In this document: one piece after another, positions 52,459-64,000 of the stretch
Numbering within the stretch: the stretch's first letter is position 1
How the letters are laid out: each line of letters begins with the position of its first letter
Assembly (NCBI GenBank): GCA_951406725.2
Contig: OX597838.1
Location: forward strand, 43,090,001 to 43,154,000
Direction of reading: 5' to 3'
Length of the DNA: 64,000 nt
DNA from: Octopus vulgaris
Taxonomy: Eukaryota
Notes under the pieces: model-generated
Databases searched by the model: none
The model's input: only the letters and a program-made list of their open reading frames with translations
Told to the model about the DNA's origin: nothing
Translations under genes and position numbers: made by a program

Positions 52459-53343
52459 TGAGGTGGTGTCAAAAAAGTTCCTGGATGAGTTATGCTCAAT
52501 AAAAAATAACTTATTTACCTAAGTTTTAACATCATTTCCTTTGGAATAGTCATCTTGCACAGCAATACTCTGGTCCCAGTGTTCCTGCCACTTTTGGAAC
52601 CTGGTGTGAAAGTTGTTTTCTGTAAATGACTCAAAGACCTTCTGTGATTCATTCCTGATCTCAACAACGGTACTAAAGCTGACCACTGAGCTGCATTTTT
52701 ATCTTGAGGAAGAGATGGAAGTCCACAGGTGCTAAATCTGGCAAATAAGGGTGGCTGCAGAAGCAATACCCTATTGTTTTTGGTGAGAAACTCACGAGTG
52801 AGGAGAGCTCCATGATAGGGTCTGTTGTTGTTGTGAAGAATCTAATTCTTTGTGCTCCACAGATTCAGTCGTTTTCTCTGAATGTCTTTCCTCGATTGCT
52901 TCAAAATGTCACAGTAGAACTCTTGATTGATGGTCTGGCCCTGGGGGATGATTCTTGATGCACAATACCATGGATACCGAAAGAGCGATGAGCATGCTCT
53001 TGGTTGAGCTGTGACTCTGTTGTGCATCCGTGCCACTCGAAACATTGCACATGACCCATTACCTTGTCACTGTAAGCTTGCTCAATGTCTCTGCAGCAGG
53101 CATCCCAAGTTTAATGCAAAATTTCATGTTGGCTTTTTGTTCCTGTCCATGACTAAATTGCAGACTACAACATACCTGTGATCACAAAAACACAAATTTC
53201 ACCACCTGCAAAGTAAACACAGCAACGTCACCCAACACACGGCTTCATGAAGGTCACTGCTGGCTCCCACTGCATACACAACCATGTGCTGCCATCTGTT
53301 GGTGTGCTGCAGAACTAGTCTGGGAGGTTTTGATACCACCTCA
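52459..53343 (-). mobile_element. Internally deleted mariner element
   Basis: TIRs TGAGGTGGTGTCAAAA / TTTTGATACCACCTCA with TA flanks; remnants PQGQTINQEFYCDILK, LQPPYLPDLAPVDFHLF and FQKWQEHW. Confidence 0.88.
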
Positions 53344-53769
53344 TACTATACTGCAGAATATTTCTACAGAATATTTCTACAGAACTGGCACCTGTGCTGG
53401 TGGCATGTGTAAAAAGATTTGAGTGAGGTCATTGCTAGTACCGCCTGACTGGCCCCCGTGCCGGTGGCATGCAAAAAGCACCCACTACACTCTCGGAGTG
53501 GTTGGCATTAGGAAGGGCATCCAGCTGTAGAAACTCTGCCAGATCAGATTGGAGCCTGGTGCAGCCATCTGGTTCGCCAGCCCTCAGCCAAAATCGTCCA
53601 ACCCATGCTAGCATGGAAAGTGGACGTTAAACGATGATGATGATGATGATGAACCTGACCACTCTCAAAAATTAAGAGAAAAAACTGGAAAAATAATCCA
53701 GAATCCTTGTGAATCCCAGTGGTAGTCATGGAATGTGAATGTGGGTGTGCAGGCCGTGTTTGTAACACT

Positions 53770-53875
53770 TTGTGTGTCGTCTGCACGAAGGCCTTTTTTA
53801 GTCTATCCACTGATATAGTGTCTTTACGACCACTAAGGTCTATAGTGAAACATTTATCCGTGTGTGAAAGAAACG
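53770..53875 (-). mobile_element. Ty3/Gypsy integrase C-terminal remnant
   Basis: LSHTDKCFTIDLSGRKDTISVDRLKKAF resembles the VSIDRLKPA motif at the end of Gypsy pol. Confidence 0.6.
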
Positions 53876-54269
53876 GAAAGAACTTGCATACGTTGCAGTT
53901 TACGGAGGTTGAACAACATGTGAGTCCAAGAAGTAAAGCTTCCTTCAAGGCACAGCTAGAAATGCAATTGTCAAGTAGGAAGGAGGCTTTAAACAGGAGC
54001 GATATATTCAAAATTGGTAAAACTAAAAATTGTCGAGGATAAATTAAATTTATTATTGTTACTGAATATGTTAGTGTTTTTCAATTTCTTTACGGTTTTG
54101 CTGCCGTTTCTTTGTGTAGTTTGATTTGTTTATCCATCAGTTTCTACTAAGATAGTGACGCCAGTAAAATTAATAATAGAGAAACGAAAATAAAACTTTG
54201 GAAACAGCAACACCACCATAACTTACGTGGAAACTATAAGCGTGCTTTCAAGTAAAGTAAGTATAACAA

Positions 54270-54457
54270 ATTCTAGAATCCTTGTCTGGAACTGGATCGA
54301 TCCCAAAATCTAATCAATTCGTGCCAGTCATGAAGCCAAACATCCCCGAAAGTTTCATCCAAGTCCATCCAGCGGTTCTTGAGATATCTTGTCCATGGAT
54401 GAACAAACAAATGTGACTGAAAACAATACCTCCACCTTCGCTAAGGCGAAGGTAATA
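54270..54457 (+). mobile_element. Helentron/HINE-like non-autonomous element 3' part
   Basis: AAGTTTCATCCAAGTCCATCCAGCGGTTCTTGAGATATC module and terminal hairpin ACCTTCGC-TAAG-GCGAAGGT. Confidence 0.45.
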
Positions 54458-55944
54458 ATGAACTTATTTTTTACAGTGCTTAGGTACACTACAAATCAAA
54501 AAAAAAAAAAAAACTAGTCAAAAGAAGCTCTACCTTAAGTATTTGAGTACTATTTTCTCCCTTGTGTTTTGCACCAATGTGCTTGCTTTTATGTGTGTAT
54601 GGGGGGTGCATCATCATCATCATCATCATCATCATTGTTTAGCATCTGCTTTCAATGCTGGCATGAGTTGGACAGTTTAATTGGAGCTGTCCAGACTCCA
54701 GTTATCTGTCGAGGCATGGTTGCTATGGCTGGATGCCCTGTCCTAACACCAACCACTCTACAGAGTGTATTGGGTGCTTTTTATGTGCTATTGGTGCCTA
54801 TCTTCATGAAGCAGATCAGAATATTCTAGTTCTCTAAAGTACATCCATAAATGTTACGATTCATATGAGAGTTGAAAACACTGGAGAATATTTATTGCCA
54901 AGTAATTACATATTAAAACAGAAACTGGAAAACGCTATCATTTATTGTCCTACATGGTCCTTCACCAATAGGAGCTACATGGGAATACATGTAGAAAGAC
55001 ACGTTCTGACATTTTGGTGTCAATAAAAATGTGGTTGCCCTTACAGAGAAGCTTGTCCCCTGCAACCCTTTCAGCTGAGTATCCCTAATCTTGCAGACTT
55101 GGAGGTGCTGGTGCCATGTAAAAAGCACCTTTGCCAGTAGGGCATGAAAGCACCCAGCAGACACCCTGAAAGTGGTTGGTATTAGGAAGGGTGACCCAGC
55201 CGTAGAAACCATGCCAAAACAGACAGGGAGCCTGAACAGCCCTTCAGCTGGTTGGCTTCTGTCAAACTGTCCAACCCATAGAAAACAGATGTTAAATGAT
55301 GTTGATGATGATGATGATGGGCTGATAAAAACTTTTCAATAGATGCAGCTGTGGCTGTGTGGGTAAGAAGTTTGCTTTCCAACCATATTGTCTTGAGTTC
55401 AGTCCCACAGCAGAGCACCTTAGGCATGTGTCTTCTACCAAAGCTTTGTGAGTGGATTTAAAATATGGAAACTAAAAGAAGCCTATCACCCCTCTCCCCA
55501 CACAATTAACAAGAAGAGTGGAGTGAGCAAATTGTTTTATTACATGACTTTACAATTGTTTCACTGTCATTCAAACTGAAGAATAATTACTAGATTATTG
55601 TTTTGTACATAAGGCAGAGACTTTAGCATGGTGGGTGAAATGCTAAGCAATATTTCATCTGTCTTTACGTTCTGAGTTCAAATTCCACTGAGGTCGACTT
55701 TGCCTTTCATCTTTTCGGGGTCGGTAAATTAAGTACCAGTTGCATACTAGGGTCGATCTAATCAACTGCCCCCCCCTCCCCCAATTTTTTCGGGCCTTGT
55801 GCCTAGAGTAGAAAGGAATATTGTTTCGTACTTGCAGCTATACACTCAAAGTGCATCATTGTATCGACACAATCAAACAGCTGCTCATTAGAATCCTGTA
55901 TTTAACGCGTTGCTAATATATATACAAGTATATATCTACGTGAG

Positions 55945-56185
55945 TGAAGGCGCGTGGCTCAGTGGTTAGCGCATTCGGATCACGATTGTAAGGTCGTAAG
56001 TTCAATTCCCGGCGACACGATGTGTCCTTGAGCAAGACACTTTATTTCACGTCGCTTCAGTCCACTCAGTCCACTGTGTCACGCTGGATCTCCTTGAGAA
56101 CTACATTAAGGGTACACGTGTCTGTGGAGTTACCAGCCACTTGCGGGTTAATTTCACGAGCAAGCTGTTCCGTTGATCGTAACCG
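55945..56185 (+). mobile_element. tRNA-derived SINE, CpG-preserved
   Basis: GGCGCGTGGCTCAGTGGTTAG...AGTTCAATTCC...GTCCTTGAGCAAGACACTT. Confidence 0.8.
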
Positions 56186-56908
56186 ACGGAGTGCTCCTGT
56201 ATCTTTGTGTGAATGCGTCTGTGTTTGTCCCCTCCTACCACTTGACAACCGGTGTTGGTTTGTTTATGTCTCCTTAACTTAATGGTTTGGCATTAGAGAT
56301 TGGTAGAATAAGTACCAGACTTTTTTTTTTAAAGTGCTGGGGTCGATTTATTTGACTAAACCCTGCAAGGCGGTGTCCCGGCGTGGTTACAGTTCAATGA
56401 TTAGCTTATGCAAAATGGTAAATAACTGTAGTTTAGCCCCAGGTGAACTATTTTGAGTAGACTTAAGAAAGCCTTCCAGCCACGAACATTTCATCTTATT
56501 TTTAGACAGTTATCTAAGTTTATTATGAAAATAGTGTCCTTCCTTTTTTTAAAAATAGGTGTAATTTCATGGTAATTTGACTGCTCTTTCTAGCAGGTCG
56601 CACAACTACGTAGTCAGGCACCAGTCAGTAAAAGTTTGTTTTGACTGAGTGTTGGGCGAGAGAATAAAAGTAGGAAGGTTTTCAATATTCCCCTAAAACT
56701 GTTAATCTGGGAATAGGAGTTTCTTTTAACCAACTATTCGCGGCCGCTAAAAATGAATAAAAGTGTAATAAAAAACTCATGAAAAGGGGGAAAAAGAAAA
56801 AGTTTTAATGAAAATATCGTTGAATGTAGTATCAGTATGTGAGAAGGAAAACAAAAAACACAATACAGAATAGGTGAAAACGTGTGCATTTCGTTATTCT
56901 GGGTGTTC

Positions 56909-57187
56909 AGTTTAATATCGAGGCGAAAAGAATAAAGGAATATCCGAACAATAAACGACCACTATTCGTAAATTCTTCCCAAGTTATTTTCTGTTTTGTG
57001 TCTCCGAAAGAAAACTTTATAAAAAGAATTCCTGACACAACAAACATCGCCAAAAGAAGCAATCCAGCGGCGACAAGCGACTGGGAAACACCAAAACAAC
57101 GATTGGAATAATACAGACATCGACTTGGGTGGGACAAGAGATCTAATTCCGCCTTGGGTCCCAAACACACCCGGGGACACCTCAAAG
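56909..57187 (+). other. Candidate non-coding first exon (5' UTR) of a plus-strand gene
   Basis: Initiator-like TCAGTT at 56907-56912, 279 nt of unique CpG-rich sequence with no ATG, and a strong donor AAG|GTAAGA at 57187/57188. Confidence 0.6.
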
Positions 57188-57227
57188 GTAAGACCTTCGA
57201 TAATATTACACGATTATTTCAGCAATG

Positions 57228-57282
<55 letters not shown>

Positions 57283-58854
57283 CATCTCTGAAGCAGTGAG
57301 ATGTCAGAATCTTTGACACGCCGGACAAAATGCTTAGCGGCATTTCATCCGGCTTTTATGTTCTGAGTTCAAATTCTGTCGAGGTCGACTTTGTCTTTCA
57401 TCGTTTCAGGGTCATTAAAATAAGTACCAGTTGCGTACTGGGGGAGGGATCGGTGTCATCGACTTACCCCCTCGCCCCAAGAATTCTTCTTTATTTCATT
57501 TATATGAATAAAATCAAAAATGAAGAGAAATCTTTTCTGGTGAGTTTCAAGCCAAGAATTTCAATCCGGAAAGTCGTGAAAAGTTAAAAGCTTTATTGAT
57601 TTGTTTTAAATAAAAGCCACAAAATAGTTTTGAGAAGAGTTTGGTCGATACTCGGACTAAATACTTTTCTTTTATCGACCCACGAATAAGGAAAGGCTCA
57701 GTTGACCTCGGCAGGATTTGAACTTTGAACGTAAAAACTTAAAGCATTTTCGATTGCATCTTTCTTTTTGTCTGTGATTGATGAAAATCCCTTTCGCTCC
57801 TGGAACCTTAAAATATATCAGTAATCTTCACTTGGCAAACCTATACAAGTGTCGCCTCTTCGATTTTGTTTCCTCAGAACTTTCAGAAAAATGTTTTGTC
57901 TTTTTAAAGAAATAGTCATGAGAAAACAACTTTCCTTTTGGGGGTAGAATTGTGTAGGTATGTCCTAAACTTTTGTCATGTCTGTCTCAAAATAAGAGTA
58001 GCAAGCTAAAGCGAGCCCCGTCTCGGGTACCTTGTGCTCGGGTACCTTGTGTCCTAATTTCAAACTGGCCTTTTAATATATAATTATGTTGTCGGTTAAT
58101 TCCTTAATTCACTCATTTAAACAGAAAAAAAAAAAAAAATAGGTGATTGTTTTCGTTTATATTTATAGATTTATTTAAGAATTTTAACCTTGTTTATTGA
58201 ATTTTAAAGCGAGCAGACAGTAATTTATTGTGAATTTATCAAAGATTTAAGTTTAGAAGTTGAGTCGAGCTGTGGCAAAATGGTAATGAAGTATCGAATT
58301 AATTAGTGTTATGTTAAGGTTTTCTTCTTAAATATCAAATAATGAAGTTAAAATAATTAAATGAAAAAAAAAAAAAAAATACTGATCACCCAAATTAATA
58401 AAGAAATAAATAAAATAGCGAAATTCCAGCCCCTTGGAACGAATTGAGGAGGGTAAAGGCGAATGCTGTCCATATCGTCTCTGATTCGGAAATCATTCAT
58501 TCGCAAGAATTATAAAAATAATTTATGACATAAACACTTGGTCAAATGATTTTAAAAGATTCAACTAATTTATTATATTAAACACTCCTTGGCCGACTTT
58601 CAGAATAGCTCATGTCCCACATAAGTTCGGATTTCCCCGCTCTGGCTGGCATTTTTCAAATTTCTTCTTTTGCATCCGCATTTCTAATCAATGGGGTTAA
58701 ATTCTTTTCATAAAAACAAAATTTAAATCCTTCATTTTTCAACGTCTGACTTTTTTTTTTTATTCTTTATCTTGGAAAGTTACTGTCGACGGGGATTTCA
58801 TCTCGGAACCTAATTAATTAAAGTATTTAACGAGAATAATGTCAGAGATTAGCT

Positions 58855-59293
58855 GAAGGGCCACACATTTGGTCCCCCCCACAAATAAAGTGTCCCCTAC
58901 ACAAGTCCCCCCCCCCCGTCCGATTTTGTTTCCTCATAACTTTCAGAAAAACGGGTATTTTTAAAAGAAATTTTCCACAAATACCTTTCAGATACAACAA
59001 CTATAACGGAATTTACGATAAAAGAGAAAGAAAATAAAAAGGTGGTCGCACACACATCACATATTCATTACAAATTAAATTTTGGAAACAATAGTGATGT
59101 GTTAATATGTTTAATCACCAATATTTTATTATTATTTTCATATTAAATTCCGATATAATTCGAATCTATACCGTCTGAAAGGTATTTGTAGAAAATTTCA
59201 TATAAAAATTATTCATTTTCCTAAAAGTTATGAGGAAACAAAATCGGGCGCGGAACACACTTGTGTTGGTTGCTAATGTGTGTCCTACTTCAC
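58855..59293. mobile_element. MITE with long imperfect TIRs
   Basis: CCGATTTTGTTTCCTCATAACTTT...ACAAATACCTTTCAGA is mirrored by TCTGAAAGGTATTTGT...AAAGTTATGAGGAAACAAAATCGG; relatives at about 57840-57960 and 59340-59800. Confidence 0.75.
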
Positions 59294-59917
59294 TTTAATT
59301 GATTCCGGAAGGACGAAAGCCATAGGTTGACCTTGCAAAGAAGGCATAACTACAGTTTGGTGCCCCAATTTCAAATTTTGTTTCTTCATAACTTTCTGAA
59401 AAAGTATATTTTTTAACGAAATTTTGATGCGATAAATTTTCAAGGGTCTTGATTAAATATTATGTTGATAATATTAAACATTTTCCGTGAGTGTAATGTT
59501 GATGTTTTATACAAATCAATCTGGAAAAACAGTGGAAATTACTGAAGTTACAAAAGTTGAATGATAGGTGGGATAAATGAGGCGGCGAGAACGATGCGGA
59601 ACTCGTTAAAAAAATTCCTTTCTTCTTAGTTTTTCTAAATTTTATCAACGTAAATGTAATGTAGACTGTCGAAAAGTTATCTCTGCAAAGTTTCATTGAA
59701 AAATACCAAATTTTTTTAAAGAAAATTACGAGGAAACGTAGTCGTTGAGCACTCGTCAGGTTCTTGTAACGAAAGATCGCCCCAACAACAATGTCTAAGT
59801 TTGGCAGACGACCCCAGACTTGGCTCGACCCCAATCCTACTTTGTTTTATCGATTCTAAAAGGAAATTAAGTTGACCTTGCAAGGGATAGTCCAACGTTC
59901 TGCTACTTCCTCCGTTG

Positions 59918-59992
59918 TTAATAATAATAATAATAATGATAATAATAATAATGATAATAATAATGATAATAATAATAATAATAATAATAATG

Positions 59993-60026
<34 letters not shown>

Positions 60027-60037
60027 TAATAATAATA

Positions 60038-60088
<51 letters not shown>
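59918..60088. repeat. (AAT)n/(GAT) microsatellite at a SINE tail
   Basis: Visible directly. Confidence 0.95.
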
Positions 60089-62365
60089 GTTTCAAATTTT
60101 GGCACAAGGCCAGCAATTTCGGAGTGGAGGTTGGGGGGGGGGGGCAGGTCGATTTACATCGATCCGAGTGTTCAATTGGTATTTATTTTATCGACTCCGA
60201 AAAGATGAAAGGCAAAGTCAACGTCGGTAGAATTTGAACTGTGGTTTCTTTTAATTGCCTCAGACATAGGTGAGGGGACATCACAAGGGTAGTCTACAAT
60301 TTATGTGGGGGCTACATTAAAAATGAAGGGCAGAAAGGGGGAAAGCGGTGAAATGAGACAGAAGTATATTTATATGAGAAGTATATGAGACAAAGTATGT
60401 GAACAGATGAATGATTTGGGTAGAACTCCAATTAGGACCAATGAGGGAATCCCAATTAAAAAGGTTCCTAATTTAGAGAGAAGGCTAAAGAGGGGGGGGG
60501 GACTAGTCGGTACCATCGACCTAGCACTAGATTGGCACTTTATTTTATCGATCGCAGAGGAGTAAAAGGCAAAGTTGATCTCGGTGGGACTCGAACTCAG
60601 AATGTAAAGAATCGGGAGAAATGTTGTGAAGTATTTTCCTGACGCCAATAATAAAATAAAATCGAATAAAGTTGTCGAATGTGTTGGTAAACAATGACCC
60701 CTCCCTTGGTACAAAACGGAAGGGACCACTTCGAAACGATTTGCTTCGTTCCTTTAATTGACAAAAATAAATTAGTTTACAGAAGTGACTTGTATGATTA
60801 ATTAAACCGAGTTAATTAGCGTTTTATTGTATATTTTATAGACATAAAAACAGCTCACTTGAGAGTTTTTGTAAACATTCGGGGATTCCAGTCCTATAGA
60901 ATAAATAATAATTTGTGACTTAACGAGGGAACCTGTTAATTATAAACACTAATTAGACTTAATTAGCGTTTTATTGTATATTTTATAAATAATAAACACC
61001 GTACTTTCGATGTTTTGTAGACTTTTAGGGAACACAGTCATCTGTTTTGCAAAGAAGGTCGTTAATGTAGAGACTGGACAAGTTTACCAAAGAAAGATGT
61101 TTTGGTTTTAATGTCTAAAAACTATCATCCACATTTCTATAAACAACACAGAGTTGTGAATTGTATGGCGCAGGAGACTTTGCAAGATTAACATTATTTT
61201 CTTTCCTCTTATTTAACGAAAATAGGTGATTGATGACTAAAAACTTATTGTCAGTCATGATTAAAGAATATAAAGAAATAAGAGTAAATGAGAGATGACA
61301 ACTTCTCATCCTTCATATCACGTCTCCTGCCCTCCATAAAGCTATCTTTAACAGCAGATCAGTTGTGTCAAAGACATTCCAACTGTGACCATTCCGGAGG
61401 ACTTCCGGAAAATTCATACGATTGAAGGAAACAATCGGATCGTGTGAATTTTTCGAAAGTCCTCTCCCCACCCCGTTCATTTGCGCAAATTTTTGTTTTC
61501 GTATTCGTTTTCTACACATTTTTTACATCTACTACACTTCTCTTTTGTTTTCGTGACCGGGACTTAAACTATATATCAACCGTATAGGCCATATATCATC
61601 ATCATCATCATCATTTAACGCATTTTCCATGGTGGCAATGGGTTGGACTGTTTGGAGCTGGTGAGCCAATCTCCATTGTCTGCTTTGGCGTTGTTTCTGC
61701 AGCTGGGTGCCCTTCCTAACACCAACCACTTCACTGAGTAGACCAGTAAGGCCACCTCTCTTTCTATATGTGTGTTTTTCTCCCTGTCTCTATGTGTCTA
61801 TCATCATTACCATCATTTAACATCTGCCTTCCATGCTGGTGTGGGTTGGACAGTTTGAGTTGGCCAGGCAGGAGCCTGCATCACACTTCTGTGTCTGTTG
61901 TGGCAGGGCTTTTACAGGTAGACACCCTTCTTAACACCAATCACCTGGCAAAGTGGACTAAGTGCTTTTTATGTGGTACAAGCACAAGCAAGATCAGTTT
62001 TAGCATGGTTTTTACAACTGGACGCCCTTCCAAACGACCACCACTCTACACTGTGGATTGGATGCTTTTTACATGGTATCAGCACTATATATATATATGT
62101 GTGTGTATATATATATATATATATTCTTTTATTCTTGTTTCAGTCATTTGATTGTGGCCATGCTGGAGCACCACTTTTAGTTGAACAAAGTGACTCCAGG
62201 ACTTATTCTTTGTAAGCCTAGCACTTATTCTGTCGGTCTCTTTTGACGAACTGCTTAAGTTACAGGGACGTAAGTACACCAACATCGGTTGTCAGGTGAT
62301 GTTGAGGGGACAAATACAGACACACAAATGCATACATACATACATACATACATACATACATACAT

Positions 62366-62422
<57 letters not shown>

Positions 62423-62442
62423 TACATGTGTATGTGTGTGTG

Positions 62443-63369
62443 TATAAATTAGAGAAGAACCACCATGAAGCAATTCAACAATGATATACTTAAAATATAG
62501 AAAAAAATTAAAGATATGATAAAACATTTACCTAAAACTAAATAAAGTACTAAAGAATAAATAGTATATACTTAGTAAATAAAGTACTATTTTTAATTCT
62601 TGTAGTTATAGTTTGTAGTAGTATTATGTATATAAATTAGCATATATCACATAATTAGTATATATCACATAATTAGAATAAGATTAAACTTAGATGTTTA
62701 GTAAATGAATACATAAATAAATAAGTTAATGGATATAGATTAAATTATAGTAATTTAGCTTCACTTAATGTATATCATGTATTTTAAATATTTTGTTTTA
62801 ATTACTTGTACTTTAATTTTTTAATAATAATATACTAAAATTTGTTATTTTCTTCTATAACCTAAGATATATTTTCATAGATAAAATATATATTTCTATC
62901 TGTTTATTCTATTTTTATTTACACCACGTTTTTAACGAGATAAATTTATTATGAACACTTAATCCTATGTATTAAGTTTAAAGATTTAGTTAACAGAATA
63001 TATTCAATAAGATAAGTCATGTTTTTATTTTAAGATATGTTGTTGAATTTTGTTCAATTTTTTTAATTGTAAAATTACATTTTTTATATATAGTTATCTT
63101 TTCTTATAAGATAAAATAAGTACATTTATTTATTTTATTGTTTTTATCTTAGACCTGATGAGTGACTATTTAAATTGAATTAATTATATTGTTATCAATT
63201 TGAAAATATAGCCACAAAACACGTGTACTTTATTTACTAAGTATATACTATTTATTCTTTAGTACTTTATTTAGTTTTAGGTAAATGTTTTATTGTATCT
63301 TTAATTTTTTTCTATATTTTAAGTATATCATTGTTGAATTGCTTCATGGTGGTTCTTCTCTAATTTATA
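62443..63369 (+). mobile_element. AT-rich fold-back element with 145-bp inverted arms and an internal decayed hammerhead (63151-63227)
   Basis: 62443-62587 mirrors 63225-63369; CTGATGA-GTGACTAT...ATAGCCAC-AAAAC-ACGT-GTA abuts the right arm. Confidence 0.8.
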
Positions 63370-63462
63370 TACATATATACATACATATATATTGTGAAAT
63401 TTAATTTAGTATTACTGAATTGAATTTTTCCCTGTAAGTTTGGAATCATATTCCCTAATATC

Positions 63463-63494
<32 letters not shown>

Positions 63495-63497
<3 letters not shown>

Positions 63498-63875
63498 TCA
63501 TCATCATCATCATCATCATTGTTTAATGTCTGCTTTCCATGCTGGCAGGGGTTGGATGGTTTGACTGAGGACTGAAGTGGGTGCTTTTTACATGCTACTG
63601 GAACAGGAGCCAGTGTGGCAGGCCTGGTATTGTCCACACTTGAACAGTGCTTTTTATGTACCACTGGCACGGGTGCCAGTCAGGCAACATTGGCATCAGC
63701 CACAACACTGATTACAGCACATTGCCCGACGGTTGAAGGAAGCTCTTAAATGGGCTGGTTATGTGACACTGGCAGAGGCCATAGCTACAATCTCACTTAG
63801 CTTATTGGCTTGTCTCAAGCACAGCATATCTCCAAAGGTCTCGGTTGCTTGTTATTCCCTCATTGAGGCCCAACA
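63495..63875 (-). mobile_element. RTE LINE 3' UTR copy
   Basis: Colinear, with deletions, with 21480-22050. Confidence 0.8.
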
Positions 63876-64000
63876 TTCAACAGGCTTCTTTCAGTTTCCA
63901 TTTTCCAAATCCACTCACAAGGCTTTGGTCAGCTTGAGGCTATAGCAGAAGACACTTGTCCAAGGTGCCATGCAGTGGGACTTAACCTGGAACCATGTGG

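Noticed and set aside
58023-58052. Short tandem duplications (also 10990-11041, 33584-33623, 53354-53384)
   Set aside because: Simple slippage duplications with no spacers; not CRISPR-like.
61350-61450. Possible plus-strand exon after TTTAACAG
   Set aside because: Stops in the plausible frames, poor donor, and partial similarity to repeat-like sequence near 56470.

Overview
This is AT-rich, microsatellite- and retroposon-saturated animal DNA whose repeat families look like those of an octopod cephalopod (Octopus-like); that assignment is inferred, not searched. I found no intact protein-coding exon, and almost all listed ORFs are microsatellite artefacts or transposon remnants. Retroelements include RTE LINE pieces with about 20 (GAT)n-tailed 3' ends, HERO-like, R4/Dong-like, CR1 and Gypsy remnants, and four tRNA-derived SINE families. 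DNA transposons include a full-length decayed hAT with TIRs and TSD (23709-27232), three Tc1/mariner relics, and piggyBac- and hAT-like MITEs. Two candidate non-coding first exons point away from each other inside CpG-preserved islands (about 29.6 kb on -, about 57 kb on +). The most notable signal is a dense set of Penelope-type minimal hammerhead ribozyme (HHR) motifs: about 16 intact or decayed copies in at least 6 unrelated short non-coding repeat families. Many lie in fold-back (inverted) arrangements, four have very long loop-2 insertions, and one is fused to a tRNA/Pol III head.
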